This document shows positions 8,618-19,408 of a stretch of DNA of 57,471 bases, piece after piece. Positions within the stretch are counted from its first letter, which is position 1. Each line of letters begins with the position of its first letter. The DNA is from Campylobacterales bacterium (lineage in GTDB: Bacteria > Campylobacterota > Campylobacteria > Campylobacterales > Nautiliaceae). The notes beneath the pieces were generated by a model. It was not told the origin of the DNA and searched no databases. It worked only from the letters and a program-made list of their open reading frames with translations. The stretch spans positions 1 through 57,471 of the forward strand of contig JALUWM010000069.1 in NCBI GenBank assembly GCA_027019465.1. The letters run 5' to 3'. The translations under genes and the position numbers were made by a program.

Positions 8618-9447
8618 ATCTCTGTTCCAATTCCTTCACTTGTTAATAATTCAAGCAAAATAGAATGCTCAACCCTTCCGTCAATTATATGAGCTTTTTC
8701 CACTCCTTTATCCACAGCACTTAAAGCTGCATCAACTTTTGGAATCATTCCACCGGCTATTGTTCCGTTTTCTTTTAAAAATTTTATCTCTTTTTCACTT
8801 AATGAACTAAGCAGTTCTTTACTTTTATTCAAAACTCCTGGTGTATCCGTTAAAAATATAACTCTTCTTGCATTAATTGCTGCTGCTATTTCACTTGCCG
8901 CCGTATCCGCATTTATATTAAATCCGGGATGTGTTGGAGAATTTCCACAAGCTATAGGTGCAATCACTGGAATTAAATTCTCACTTAAAAGTTTATTTAT
9001 AAAAATTCCGTCTATTGAAATAATTTCACCTGTATAACCAACAAGCTCTTTTGCCCTCATAAAAGACATATCTTTCCCATTTATTCCAATAGCCTTTGCT
9101 CCGTGCTGATTTAACATATTTACAATTTCTTTATTTATTTCCCCACTTAGTACCATTTCGGCTATTTTTATAGATTCTTTAGTTGTTACTCTAACCCCGT
9201 CTTTAAATTCTGTTTTTATATTAAGAGCGCCTAAAATTTCTGTTATTCTTTTTCCGCCTCCATGCACTATTACAGGTTTAATCCCCACCATATAAAGCAT
9301 CAAAATATCAACAGCAAAAGATTCTTTTAGTTTTTCATCAATTTGAGCAGCCCCTCCATATTTTATTACAATAGTCTCTCCATAAAATTTTTTAATAAAC
9401 GGTAATGAATCCAGCAGTGTTTGGACTATTTGTATTTTTTTCTTCAT
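8608..9447 (-). CDS. argB: Acetylglutamate kinase
   Basis: 279 aa with the AAK-family pattern (VIKYGGAA, VHGGG). AAGGA RBS. Confidence 0.95.
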   Translation of the reverse strand: MKKKIQIVQTLLDSLPFIKKFYGETIVIKYGGAAQIDEKLKESFAVDILMLYMVGIKPVIVHGGGKRITEILGALNIKTEFKDGVRVTTKESIKIAEMVLSGEINKEIVNMLNQHGAKAIGINGKDMSFMRAKELVGYTGEIISIDGIFINKLLSENLIPVIAPIACGNSPTHPGFNINADTAASEIAAAINARRVIFLTDTPGVLNKSKELLSSLSEKEIKFLKENGTIAGGMIPKVDAALSAVDKGVEKAHIIDGRVEHSILLELLTSEGIGTEIKE

Positions 9448-9531
9448 TTTTTTCCTTTGTTGTTTTATTTAAGAAAATCAAAACCCTTATTTTATATTTG
9501 ATTTAATATTATTATAGATTCCATTAAAAAC

Positions 9532-9555
9532 TTAACATAATAATTTTACTCTTTA
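9532..9555 (-). repeat. 24-nt exact repeat, copy 2 (spans the queC stop codon)
   Basis: Identical to 8594-8617. Confidence 0.9.
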
Positions 9556-10211
9556 TATTTAATAGGGTCTTTAATCCCTGCTTTTTCAAATCCTTTAAGT
9601 CTTAACCTACAGCTGTCACATACCCCACAGGCTTCATCTTCTTGTTTATAACAACTCCAAGTAAGCTCCAAAGGAACTCCAACTTCAAGGGCTTTTTTTA
9701 CAATATCCTCTTTTTTTAGATGAATTAGAGGTGTTTTTATTTGTATATTTGTTTTTGGTTTAGTGCCTGAATTTATGGCACACTCCATATTTTTGATAAA
9801 TTCTTCCCTACAGTCTGGATACCCGCTGCTATCTTCTTCAACCACACCTATAAAAAGCGCACTTGCCCCCTCTTTTTCTGCAACTGCAGCTGCAATAGAA
9901 AGAAAAATTCCGTTTCTAAAAGGAACATATGTTACAGGCACTCCAGGTTTTATTCCATCAACGGGCACTTCTATATTTTCATCAACTAAAGCACTTGCCC
10001 CTATCTGTTTAAAAAACGGAATATCAATCACATATCTATTTTCAATATTTAAATAATCACAAATATCATCAAAACTTTTTAATTCCTTTTTTTGGGTTCT
10101 TTGTCCATAATTAAAATGTAAAGGTATTATTTCATAATTTTCTTTTTTTGCTATAAAAGCAGTGGTAGAACTGTCCATTCCCCCACTCAAAATTACAACG
10201 GCTTTTTTCAT
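9546..10211 (-). CDS. queC: 7-cyano-7-deazaguanine synthase
   Basis: PP-loop SGGMDSS and the C-terminal zinc cluster [10 protein letters not shown]. Confidence 0.95.
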   Translation of the reverse strand: MKKAVVILSGGMDSSTTAFIAKKENYEIIPLHFNYGQRTQKKELKSFDDICDYLNIENRYVIDIPFFKQIGASALVDENIEVPVDGIKPGVPVTYVPFRNGIFLSIAAAVAEKEGASALFIGVVEEDSSGYPDCREEFIKNMECAINSGTKPKTNIQIKTPLIHLKKEDIVKKALEVGVPLELTWSCYKQEDEACGVCDSCRLRLKGFEKAGIKDPIKYKE

Positions 10212-10254
10212 TTTACGCCTTTTTTATTATAATTTTACTAAAAAAGGTCAAAAA

Positions 10255-10674
10255 ATGATAGATTTTGAAAATAGAAGTAATTTTGAATTTGATATAAATT
10301 TACTAAAAGAAATTTATAAATATCTGACAAATAAAGATGTTGAACTTATTTTGACAACAGATAAAGAGATACAAGAGCTAAATAAAATCCACAGACAAAA
10401 AGATAGACCAACCGATGTTTTAAGCTTCCCGTTAGAAAATATGCCCGGTATGCCTCTTGGAAGTATTATAATTTCAATTGACACTGCAAAAAAAGGTGCA
10501 AATGAATTTACTCACTCCACACAAGATGAAATAAAACTTCTTTTTATTCACGGACTTTTGCATCTATTAGGTTATGACCATGAAACAGATAACGGGGAAA
10601 TGAGAGAAAAAGAAAAAGAAATTATAGAAAAATTTAATCTTCCAAAAAGTCTTGTAATAAGAAACGAGTTGTGA
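10255..10674 (+). CDS. ybeY: rRNA maturation endoribonuclease YbeY
   Basis: HGLLHLLGYDH metal-binding motif. Start set to ATG 10255 (AAGG RBS). The longer ORF-track start overlaps queC. Confidence 0.92.
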   Translation: MIDFENRSNFEFDINLLKEIYKYLTNKDVELILTTDKEIQELNKIHRQKDRPTDVLSFPLENMPGMPLGSIIISIDTAKKGANEFTHSTQDEIKLLFIHGLLHLLGYDHETDNGEMREKEKEIIEKFNLPKSLVIRNEL

Positions 10675-10692
10675 TATAATCATATCTCACTA

Positions 10693-10768
10693 GAGTCCTT
10701 AGCTCAATTGGCAGAGCATCTGACTCTTAATCAGAGGGTTGTGGGTTCGATTCCCACAGGGCTCACCA
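10693..10768 (+). tRNA. tRNA-Lys (anticodon CTT)
   Basis: 76-nt cloverleaf folded by hand: acceptor GAGTCCT/AGGGCTC, D stem GCTC/GAGC, anticodon stem TCTGA/TCAGA with loop CTCTTAA, T arm GTGGG-TTCGATT-CCCAC, and an encoded CCA. Confidence 0.92.
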
Positions 10769-10771
10769 TTC

Positions 10772-12967
10772 TTATAAAATTTCACTTTTCATAATTTTTG
10801 GAAATGTATTAAAATATATATCTCTTGCCTTTTCCAAATTTACTTCAACATTATTGATTTTTATTTTATCATCGCCGACAATTCCAATTTTTTCAAAATA
10901 AATACCTTTTTTATTGCAAAGCTCTTCAAATTCTTTTTCATCATTAGGAGAAATTTCAACAAACGCCCTGCTTAAACTTTCACTAAAAATATCAATAGGA
11001 TTATTGACTTTTACATTTATATCAAGCCCTTTATTACTTACACACGCCCATTTATAAGCTGCAATCGCAAGACCTCCATTTGAAATATCTTTTGCACTTT
11101 TAATTAAATCACTTTCTAAAATATCCCATAATTTTAGCTCTTTTTCAAAATCAACTTTCGGATGAACTCCAGCAACTTTTTCACCAAATACTTTTAAATA
11201 TAAACTTCCGCCAAATTCACTTTTTGTTTCACCCAAAATATAAATAGTGTTTCCTTTTTCTTTTAAATCAGTGCTTCTAAATTCATCCCCTGCCCCTACA
11301 GTTGCAATTTCAGGGGTTGGATAAACACCGTATCCTTCATTTTCATTATAAAGAGAAACATTTCCACTCACTACCGGTGTATTAAGTGCCGCACAGGCTT
11401 CTTTTATACCTTCACATCCTTCTTTAAACTGCCACATAATTTCAGGATTTTCAGGATTTCCGTAATTTAGACAATCTGTAATTGCAAGGGGTTTAATTTT
11501 TTTAACAGCTACATTTCTCCCGGCTTCCATAACAGCAGCAGCAGCTCCAAGGCGTGGATTTATATAATTAAATCTGGCGTTACAATCAGCACTCATTCCT
11601 ATAAATCTGCCATTTTCTTTTACTCTAAGCACTGCTCCGTCTGCTCTTTTTGTATCTACTGTATTTGTTCCAACCATTGAATCATACTGCTCATAAATCC
11701 AAGCTTTATCAACAACTTCACTCTCACTCATAAGTTTTTCAAATGCTGTTTGAGTATCAACCTCAGGAATTTCGACATCTTTAATTGTTTTTAGATATTC
11801 AGGTTCTTTAACAGGTCTACAAAGTTCAGGTGCTTCATCTGTAATAGGACCTACCGGAATATCGGCTACTTTCTCTCCATACCAGAAAAGTTCTACTTTT
11901 CCTGTATTTGTAACTTCTCCTATTACCTCAGCATCTAAATCCCATTTTTTAAAAATTTCTATAATTTTATCTTCATACCCTTTTTTTGCACAAATAAGCA
12001 TTCTCTCTTGTGATTCACTAAGCATTAATTCATAAGGATTCATTCCTTCTTCTCTCATAGGCACTTTATCAAGATTCATAATAAGCCCACTTCCGCTGTT
12101 ACTTGCCATTTCAAAACTACTTGAAGTAAGTCCGGCAGCACCCATATCCTGAATACCTACAATATAATCTGTTTTAAATAACTCCAAACAAGCTTCCATA
12201 AGTAATTTTTCAGTAAACGGGTCACCTACCTGGACAGTCGGTCTTTGGTCTTCATCCCCTTCTTTAAAAGAATCACTACTCATAACAGCCCCACCAAGAC
12301 CGTCTCTTCCTGTTTTACTTCCTACATAAATAACAGGATTTCCAACTCCTTCAGCTTTTGCATAAAAAATTTCATCTTCCCCACAGATTCCAAGTGCAAA
12401 AGCATTAACTAAAATATTTCCTTTATAGCTATCCTCAAATGCCGTCTCACCACCTATTGTAGGAACTCCTATACAGTTACCATATCCTGCAATTCCCGCT
12501 ACAACCCCGCTTAGTAAGTGTCTATGGAGTTTTGCTATATTATCATTTCCTTTAACATGGGCAAATCTAATTGCATTAAGATTAGCAACCGGTCTTGCCC
12601 CCATTGTAAAAATATCTCTAAGTATTCCACCAACTCCCGTTGCAGCACCCTGATAAGGTTCTATGAAACTTGGATGATTATGGCTTTCCATTTTAAATAC
12701 AGCAGCCATTCCACCGCCGATATCAATAACCCCTGCATTTTCCCCAGGACCTTGAATTACCCAAGGAGCTTTAGTAGGAAAACCTTTTAAATAACATTTG
12801 CTTGATTTATAACTGCAATGCTCACTCCACATAGCACTAAAAACTCCAAGTTCCACAAAATTCGGCTCTCTGCCTAAGATTTTGACTATATGTTCATAAT
12901 CCTCTTTACTTAACTTATGCTTTGCTAAAATCTCATCTAATTTTAATTTATCTATTTCATACGCCAT
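10772..12967 (-). CDS. purL: Phosphoribosylformylglycinamidine synthase subunit PurL
   Basis: 731 aa. Typical small-type PurL N-terminus ([23 protein letters not shown]). Confidence 0.95.
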   Translation of the reverse strand: MAYEIDKLKLDEILAKHKLSKEDYEHIVKILGREPNFVELGVFSAMWSEHCSYKSSKCYLKGFPTKAPWVIQGPGENAGVIDIGGGMAAVFKMESHNHPSFIEPYQGAATGVGGILRDIFTMGARPVANLNAIRFAHVKGNDNIAKLHRHLLSGVVAGIAGYGNCIGVPTIGGETAFEDSYKGNILVNAFALGICGEDEIFYAKAEGVGNPVIYVGSKTGRDGLGGAVMSSDSFKEGDEDQRPTVQVGDPFTEKLLMEACLELFKTDYIVGIQDMGAAGLTSSSFEMASNSGSGLIMNLDKVPMREEGMNPYELMLSESQERMLICAKKGYEDKIIEIFKKWDLDAEVIGEVTNTGKVELFWYGEKVADIPVGPITDEAPELCRPVKEPEYLKTIKDVEIPEVDTQTAFEKLMSESEVVDKAWIYEQYDSMVGTNTVDTKRADGAVLRVKENGRFIGMSADCNARFNYINPRLGAAAAVMEAGRNVAVKKIKPLAITDCLNYGNPENPEIMWQFKEGCEGIKEACAALNTPVVSGNVSLYNENEGYGVYPTPEIATVGAGDEFRSTDLKEKGNTIYILGETKSEFGGSLYLKVFGEKVAGVHPKVDFEKELKLWDILESDLIKSAKDISNGGLAIAAYKWACVSNKGLDINVKVNNPIDIFSESLSRAFVEISPNDEKEFEELCNKKGIYFEKIGIVGDDKIKINNVEVNLEKARDIYFNTFPKIMKSEIL

Positions 12968-12997
12968 TTCAGACCTTTTTTTATTTGAATTTTACCA

Positions 12998-13948
12998 TTA
13001 ATATTCAATATTCTCAACCTCTTTTTTCTCCATAAGTTTAATTATGAGCTTTTGTGTAAAAAGTTCATGACATTTCGGACATCTGGTAGAATATAAAGGA
13101 AATGCTTTTTTACAATTTTCACAAATATATTCAAATTCAAGTTCGGCTATATTATTATTTAAATTTTTTAATACTTCTATTTCAAAAGGTGCTTTTTTCT
13201 TGCAATTAGTAAGTTTTTTAGTTGCTAAAATATTACAAAATTTTTCATTCTCAGGAATATCGTTTCTATGCCAATATAAATCCAGATTTTCATAAACATC
13301 CACTAATTCATACGCCTTTTTAGGATTTACTCTAAAAAGATAACTTAAATATTCTCTTTTAACAAAAGGATATTTTTTGTAAATATCTTCAAAATCCTTT
13401 ACTCCATCACAAAATTCTTCTATATTACATCCGTTTTGCAAAAAGAGTTTTATCATAGCATTTGCTTTTTCTTTTGGTAAAGAGACTTCTAATTCATCAA
13501 AAATCTCTAAAATATCTATAATTTCTTTTATGTTGTTAAATTTTTCATTTATAAAAATCAGTAACTTTAAAGCCTCTTTGTTTCTGGGATTTGTTTTTAA
13601 TATTTTTTCTACTATCCCCTGTGATTTTTGTAAAAAACCAGCTCTAAAATAACAGTTTGCAATATTTAAAAGATTTCTATTTGAGGGATAATTTTTTTGA
13701 ATTAATAAAAAAATCTCAATAGCTTTTTCATAATTTCCCTCTTTTTCATAAGCTTTTGCCAAAAGTAAAAGGGCATTTAGGGGGTTATTTAAATCTTCAT
13801 TAAAATATTCAAAATTTTTCATAAGTTTTTCTATCTCTTTTTGTTTTAAATACTCTTTTATTTTTCCAAAAACTAATGCTAAAACAATAGCACTCAAAAT
13901 TATTAGAAAAAACATTATAACACTAAAAAGAGGGTCTCGATAATTCAT
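12998..13948 (-). CDS. lapB: LapB/YciM-like LPS assembly regulator (TM + TPR + C-terminal rubredoxin-like zinc ribbon)
   Basis: N-terminal TM helix, TPR-like repeats, and a C-terminal CENC...CPKC motif. The call rests on architecture only. Confidence 0.6.
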   Translation of the reverse strand: MNYRDPLFSVIMFFLIILSAIVLALVFGKIKEYLKQKEIEKLMKNFEYFNEDLNNPLNALLLLAKAYEKEGNYEKAIEIFLLIQKNYPSNRNLLNIANCYFRAGFLQKSQGIVEKILKTNPRNKEALKLLIFINEKFNNIKEIIDILEIFDELEVSLPKEKANAMIKLFLQNGCNIEEFCDGVKDFEDIYKKYPFVKREYLSYLFRVNPKKAYELVDVYENLDLYWHRNDIPENEKFCNILATKKLTNCKKKAPFEIEVLKNLNNNIAELEFEYICENCKKAFPLYSTRCPKCHELFTQKLIIKLMEKKEVENIEY

Positions 13949-13994
13949 TTTTTTCCTTTAAATAATCTCTTGTTATTATAGTATAATTCTATTT

Positions 13995-15623
13995 ATGATA
14001 AAACAAGAATCAATAGAACATTTAAAAAGCATAATAGATATTGTTGATGTTATAGGAAACTATGTCCAGCTTAAAAAACAAGGGAGCAATTTCACAGCAC
14101 TATGCCCGTTTCACAGTGAAAAAACACCTTCTTTTGTAGTAAGTCCGGCTAAAGGGATATACCACTGTTTTGGATGTGGTGCAAGCGGCGATGCCATAAA
14201 ATTTATAATGGAAATAGAAAAACTAAGTTATCCTGAAGCCATTGAAAAGCTGGCTAGTATGTTTAATTTTAAGCTTGAATACTCTTCAAAAAATAACTTC
14301 TTAAATATAGACCTTTTAGAAAAAGTAAATTCATTTTATGAATCAAAACTTTTTACTAATCAAAATGCCTTAGAATATCTTAAAAAAAGAGGACTTTTTG
14401 AATCCACTATAGAAAAATTTGCCATTGGATATGCCCCATCTTCTATTGAGCAGTTTAAATTTTTTAAAGATGCACATTTAAATTTTGAAGAGCTTAGAAA
14501 ACTTGGAGTTTTAAATGAAACTGGAGAGTATCCAAGACTGATTGAAAGAATTACTTTTCCTATATTTTCTCAAAACGGGAAAATTATCGCCTTTGGAGGA
14601 AGGACAATTTCAAACCACCCGGCAAAATATATCAACTTCACAAACACTTCTATTTTTAATAAATCCAAAACATTTTATGGACTAAATTTTGCAAGAGAAC
14701 ATATTTTAAGAAGTAAAAAAATAATAATTGTTGAGGGATATATGGATGTTATTATGCTTCATCAAACTGGCATTCAAAACGCCGTTGCTACACTTGGAAC
14801 TGCCCTTACAACAGAACATCTGCCAATACTTAAAAAACTAAATCCCGAAATAACCGTAGCATATGACAGTGATAATGCAGGTATAAATGCCGCACTAAAA
14901 GCCGCAAAACTTTTATACAAAGAGTATTTTGACGGGGGAGTGGTATTATTTGCTGAAGGAGAAGACCCGGCAGACGCAGTAAAAAACGGAGAAAATTTAG
15001 ACAAGATTTTTAAAGAAAAAATTCCTTTTAGCTCTTTTATCATAAATTTTACCCTAAAAAAATATAACCTTAAAAATCCTATTGAAAAAAGAGATGCAAT
15101 AAATGAAATAAAATCTTATATCAATTCGCTTCCTGATATTTTAAAAGAAGATTTTGCAAATAAAACAGCCCCTTATTTAAATATATCTCCAAATTTATTA
15201 AAAGCAAAAACAAACACAGCTTATCAAAATTTAAATCTAAATAAAAAAATAGATATAGCAGAAGCTGGGATTATAAAAACACTTTATGAAAACCCCCAAA
15301 TTATGAATAGTGTGGTAGAATACCTCTCATCTGCAATGTTCAAAACCCATTCATATGAATTAAGTGCCGTTTATGCCGAAAATTTTGAAGATGCAAGAGT
15401 GCTTGAGATAGTTTTAAGAGATGATATAAAAACACTTGATTTAGTTACCCTCAAAAATCAAATAAGAAAAATTTTAATTCCTTATTATCAAAACAAAATA
15501 TTACAAATAAGACTTGACCCTACTATCAAAGGAGAAGAAAAACTTCATCTCTTGAAAAATATGAATTTAAAACTACAAAAAATAAAAAAAGGAGAATTTG
15601 TTGAAGGCATTAGCTCTATTTAG
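13995..15623 (+). CDS. dnaG: DNA primase
   Basis: Zinc finger CPFHSEKTPSF...CFGCG and a Toprim region (EGYMDV, DSDNAG). Confidence 0.95.
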   Translation: MIKQESIEHLKSIIDIVDVIGNYVQLKKQGSNFTALCPFHSEKTPSFVVSPAKGIYHCFGCGASGDAIKFIMEIEKLSYPEAIEKLASMFNFKLEYSSKNNFLNIDLLEKVNSFYESKLFTNQNALEYLKKRGLFESTIEKFAIGYAPSSIEQFKFFKDAHLNFEELRKLGVLNETGEYPRLIERITFPIFSQNGKIIAFGGRTISNHPAKYINFTNTSIFNKSKTFYGLNFAREHILRSKKIIIVEGYMDVIMLHQTGIQNAVATLGTALTTEHLPILKKLNPEITVAYDSDNAGINAALKAAKLLYKEYFDGGVVLFAEGEDPADAVKNGENLDKIFKEKIPFSSFIINFTLKKYNLKNPIEKRDAINEIKSYINSLPDILKEDFANKTAPYLNISPNLLKAKTNTAYQNLNLNKKIDIAEAGIIKTLYENPQIMNSVVEYLSSAMFKTHSYELSAVYAENFEDARVLEIVLRDDIKTLDLVTLKNQIRKILIPYYQNKILQIRLDPTIKGEEKLHLLKNMNLKLQKIKKGEFVEGISSI

Positions 15624-16560
15624 CGGCGGACTTGACAGTATTTTAGCTATAAAAACAATACAAGACCAAAATATAGAAGTAGAAGGTATTTATATTGATT
15701 TGGGATTTGAAGCAAATAAAAAAAAGATAGATTATCTTTTACAAATGGCTAAGAAATTAAATATAAAATTAAATATAGTTGATAAAAAAGATGAGTATAT
15801 AAAAAATATTCTTTTTAACCCTGTTTACGGATACGGCAAAAATATGAATCCTTGTATTGACTGCCACGCTTTTATGATAAAAAGTGCAAAAGAACTTCTA
15901 GAAGAAAAAACCGCTTCTTTTATAATAAGCGGAGAAGTTATAGGACAAAGACCTATGAGCCAAAGAAAAGAAGCAATGCAATGTGTAAATAAACTCTCCG
16001 ATAAAGAAAATCTTGTTTTAAGACCTCTTAGTGCAAAATTGCTTCCTATTACAACTCCGGAAATAAAGGGATGGGTTGATAGAGAAAAACTTTTAAATAT
16101 CAGCGGAAGAGACAGAAAAAGACAAATGGAACTTGCTATTAAATATGACTTAGAAGATTATGAATCTCCAGGAGGCGGATGTTTATTAACAGACATAAAT
16201 TTTGCAAAAAGATTAAAAGATTATTCAAAAAACCTTAAATTAACCCCAAATGAGATAGATATTTTAAAAGTTGGAAGACATATAAATTATAAAGGCTTTA
16301 AAATAATAATATCAAGAAAAGCTGAGGAAAATCCTGTTTTAAAATCATATCAAGGAGATATCTTTGAAAAAATGTTCCCAGCAGGCTTTCCGGGACCTGT
16401 TGGATTAATTCAAAAAAACGCCCCTGAAAAAGTTAAACAAAAAGCTGCGGATTTTATGATAAGCTATACAAAATTTGATGAAGGTGGTATAATAATAAAT
16501 GATGAAAGCTATAATTCAAAAAAAATAAAAAAAGAAGAGATAAAACCATTTATTATTTAA
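15598..16560 (+). CDS. PP-loop ATP pyrophosphatase, ThiI/MnmA-like (probable tRNA sulfurtransferase family)
   Basis: SGGLDS PP-loop and a NPCIDCH motif. TTG start overlapping the dnaG 3' end, with GGAG just upstream. The C-terminal half is unassigned. Confidence 0.65.
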   Translation: MLKALALFSGGLDSILAIKTIQDQNIEVEGIYIDLGFEANKKKIDYLLQMAKKLNIKLNIVDKKDEYIKNILFNPVYGYGKNMNPCIDCHAFMIKSAKELLEEKTASFIISGEVIGQRPMSQRKEAMQCVNKLSDKENLVLRPLSAKLLPITTPEIKGWVDREKLLNISGRDRKRQMELAIKYDLEDYESPGGGCLLTDINFAKRLKDYSKNLKLTPNEIDILKVGRHINYKGFKIIISRKAEENPVLKSYQGDIFEKMFPAGFPGPVGLIQKNAPEKVKQKAADFMISYTKFDEGGIIINDESYNSKKIKKEEIKPFII

Positions 16561-16569
16561 GGAGAAATT

Positions 16570-16818
16570 ATGAAAAAATCAATAATAATATTATCATTAT
16601 TTAGTGTAAGTTTATTTGCAGATTACTATAATAATGGTCTTTATGCATATCTTTCGCATAATTGTATAAAAGCAAAAAAAGATTTTAAACTTGCCTGTAT
16701 AAAAGAAAAATCTGCATGGGGATGCTTTTCTTATGCAAATTTATCAAATAATTCAAATATAAAAAATAAATATCTAAAAAAAGCATGCAAATTAGGATTA
16801 AAAGCTGCTTGTAAATAA
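16570..16818 (+). CDS. Small secreted Sel1-like / Hcp-like cysteine-rich protein
   Basis: Signal peptide followed by two KAC-x7-C type motifs (LACIKEKSAWGC, KACKLGLKAAC). AAGGAG RBS. Confidence 0.55.
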   Translation: MKKSIIILSLFSVSLFADYYNNGLYAYLSHNCIKAKKDFKLACIKEKSAWGCFSYANLSNNSNIKNKYLKKACKLGLKAACK

Positions 16819-18594
16819 TTATTTAATATATCCTTTATCAACCAAATAATTATAAACATAACTCACTATTTCCCCTGCTATCTTTCCTCCTTGATGTCCT
16901 CCATGTTCTATTAAAACAGTTACTACAAACTGAGGATCTTTATATGGTCCAAATGTTGTAAGCCAAGAATGAGAACGGTGAAAATAAGTAAGCTCACTTT
17001 CTTTTTTTCTTTGTTTCACTACTTGAGGGACATAATATACTTGAGCAGTTCCTGTTTTTCCGGCAATTGTTATTTTTGTATGAATATGTCTTGTTGCAGT
17101 CCCTCCGGGAGCATTACAGACTTCCCACATTCCTTTTCTTACTATCCATAAAGACTTTTTTTCTTTTTTATTTAATACATCTTTTAAAACCGGCTTAGTT
17201 AAATTATTATCTATCTTTTTCACAATAAAAGGTTTTGGTAGTTTACCGCTTGCTAAAAGAGCTGTATTTACCGCAATCTGAATAGGAGTTACCAAAAAAT
17301 ATCCCTGTCCTATAGAAGTGTTTACAGTATCCCCTAAAAACCAGGGTTGATGATATCTTTTCTCTTTCCATTCTCTACTTGGAACAATCCCGCTTTTTTC
17401 GTTAGGCAAATCAATACCTGTTTTTTTTCCAAATCCCATTTGTTTAAATATTTTTGATAAATAATTAATACCCAATTTCAATCCAACTTGATAAAAATAT
17501 GTATCAACACTTTCTTTTATAGCTTTAATAACATCAGTCTTTCCATGTCCAAAAGGATCCCAATCTCTAAATTTCCTATGCCCTATTTCTAAAAAACCAG
17601 GACATTCTATTTTTTTCCATGGATTCCATTTTCCACTTACTATTGCTCCAAGAGCTTCTGCTGGTTTTACAGTTGAGCCTGGAGGATAGACCCCACTTAC
17701 AGGTTTATTAAGTAAAGGATTGTAAATATTATGTGAAAGTTCATTCCACTTTTTATAAGAAATTCCTTTTACAAATAAATTATTATCATAACTTGGTGCT
17801 GATACCAAAGCTAATATTTCTCCATCTGTTCGCATAACAATAACTGCACCTTTTGCTTTTTCTTTCATCATTTTATTATAAATATGTTTCTGCAAATTTG
17901 TATCAACACTCAAAACAATATTATGAGATTTTGGAGGGATATATTTTACGACTTTTAAAACTCTATTTCTTGCATTTACAATTTCTATTTTTTTTCCAGC
18001 AACTCCTTGTAAAATATTATCATAATAAGCTTCAATTCCTCTTTTACCCGCAATTTGAGTATATTTTATTACTTTATTTTTTTTTATATCATTTACACTT
18101 GCTCTTGCCACATATCCTAAAATATTTGAAAGGAAATATTTATAAGGATATTTTCTAAAATATACCGTTTTAAAGGAAATATTTGGATTTAAGCTTAATA
18201 CTGGTTCTATTTTAAAAACAGTATCTTCATTTATATATTTAATTACAGGAATATCTTTATTATCATAAAGAGAATCCTGATTTCTATAAATAGAATAAAG
18301 TTTGGTTTGATTTACATCCATTACATCTGCTATATCATTAATAGTACTTTTCAATTCCTTTTTTTTTAAATGTGGCCTCAAATCCAAATCGAATCTAAGT
18401 TCATTAAAAGCCAAAGCATTGCCAAATCTATCAAAAATAATACCTCTAACCGGTGCTATAGGAACAACTTTTGTATAATTGTCTTTTGAGAGATTTAAAT
18501 ATTTTTTATTTGAAACAACACTTAAAGTATAAGTCCTGTAAATTAAAATAGAATAAAAAACAAATACAAAAAATATTATAATTTTATAACGCAT
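16819..18594 (-). CDS. mrdA: Penicillin-binding protein 2 (elongasome transpeptidase)
   Basis: 591 aa with an N-terminal TM helix and the STVK and KTGTA motifs. Confidence 0.92.
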   Translation of the reverse strand: MRYKIIIFFVFVFYSILIYRTYTLSVVSNKKYLNLSKDNYTKVVPIAPVRGIIFDRFGNALAFNELRFDLDLRPHLKKKELKSTINDIADVMDVNQTKLYSIYRNQDSLYDNKDIPVIKYINEDTVFKIEPVLSLNPNISFKTVYFRKYPYKYFLSNILGYVARASVNDIKKNKVIKYTQIAGKRGIEAYYDNILQGVAGKKIEIVNARNRVLKVVKYIPPKSHNIVLSVDTNLQKHIYNKMMKEKAKGAVIVMRTDGEILALVSAPSYDNNLFVKGISYKKWNELSHNIYNPLLNKPVSGVYPPGSTVKPAEALGAIVSGKWNPWKKIECPGFLEIGHRKFRDWDPFGHGKTDVIKAIKESVDTYFYQVGLKLGINYLSKIFKQMGFGKKTGIDLPNEKSGIVPSREWKEKRYHQPWFLGDTVNTSIGQGYFLVTPIQIAVNTALLASGKLPKPFIVKKIDNNLTKPVLKDVLNKKEKKSLWIVRKGMWEVCNAPGGTATRHIHTKITIAGKTGTAQVYYVPQVVKQRKKESELTYFHRSHSWLTTFGPYKDPQFVVTVLIEHGGHQGGKIAGEIVSYVYNYLVDKGYIK

Positions 18595-19004
18595 TTAAAA
18601 ATCCTAAACAAAAAAATATCAAAGGCATAATTATATAAAGAATAAATAACATCAAAATTAAAATTATGATTTTTATAAAAAAGAAAAATAAAAAAAACAA
18701 AATATACAATAAAGATTAAAATAACATCCAAATACTGTTTATCAAAATAAGAATAAATTTTTTTTATTAAAAAAAATCTAAAAAAAAGATAAAACCCTAT
18801 AATCAAAAACAGATTATATTGATGTAAAAGGGAAAACAACACCAAAAAAACAAAAACAATTACAATATCAAAACATAAAAAAAACATTCCTAGCAGTAAA
18901 GGAAAATATACAAATGATGAATTAAAAAAATTTACTAAACAAGCAAAAAAAATTATAAAGATATAATTAATGCTATTTCGTTGCAATTTGGAAAAAATTT
19001 GCAT
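18576..19004 (-). CDS. Polytopic membrane protein, possibly MreD-like
   Basis: Very Phe-rich and hydrophobic, 142 aa, directly upstream of and overlapping mrdA. The start is uncertain because ATG 19004 overlaps the upstream GNAT gene by 52 nt. Confidence 0.4.
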   Translation of the reverse strand: MQIFSKLQRNSINYIFIIFFACLVNFFNSSFVYFPLLLGMFFLCFDIVIVFVFLVLFSLLHQYNLFLIIGFYLFFRFFLIKKIYSYFDKQYLDVILIFIVYFVFFIFLFYKNHNFNFDVIYSLYNYAFDIFLFRIFKCVIKL

Positions 19005-19408
19005 TTAATACAATCCGCCCATATTTTTTTTTCAGGAACCGCCTCTTTTTCTATAACTCTAAATCCAAGTTTTTCAAAAAATTTTTGTTGATATGTTAGA
19101 ACTAAAACTTCTTTTAAACCAAACTCTTTTGCCTCCTTAAGTAAAGACAAAACAAGTTTTTTACCAATTCCTTTTGATTGGTACTCTTTCTTTACAGCTA
19201 ACGAACGAATTTCCCCCAAAAAAGGAGAAAATATATGCAAGGCTCCCACAGCTATTGGAATATTCTTTTTGTATACCATTTGATAAGAACGGATATTAGT
19301 TGCTATTTCATCTTCATCTCTGTTTAAAATAATTCCTTCATCCACATAAGGTTTTACAATTTCTTCAATATCTATTATATTTTTTAAAATAGGTTTAATT
19401 ATTTTCAT
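18953..19408 (-). CDS. GNAT-family N-acetyltransferase (short ArgA-like)
   Basis: Acetyl-CoA motif QSKGIGKKL. ATG 19408 is preferred (GGGGAG upstream) over ATG 19429. Confidence 0.75.
   Translation of the reverse strand: MKIIKPILKNIIDIEEIVKPYVDEGIILNRDEDEIATNIRSYQMVYKKNIPIAVGALHIFSPFLGEIRSLAVKKEYQSKGIGKKLVLSLLKEAKEFGLKEVLVLTYQQKFFEKLGFRVIEKEAVPEKKIWADCIKCKFFPNCNEIALIISL

Noticed and set aside
10212-10254. Possible preQ1 riboswitch upstream of queC. Also possible lysine, Moco or TPP riboswitches upstream of lysC, mog and the thiF-like gene.
   Set aside because: The leaders are too short (43 nt, 8 nt, 30 nt, and overlapping genes), and none shows the conserved riboswitch cores that I can recognise.
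10693-10768. tRNA-Lys as an integration hotspot for a genomic island.
   Set aside because: It is flanked directly by ybeY and purL (3 nt from the purL stop). There is no integrase, no direct repeat of the tRNA 3' end, and no foreign-looking genes.
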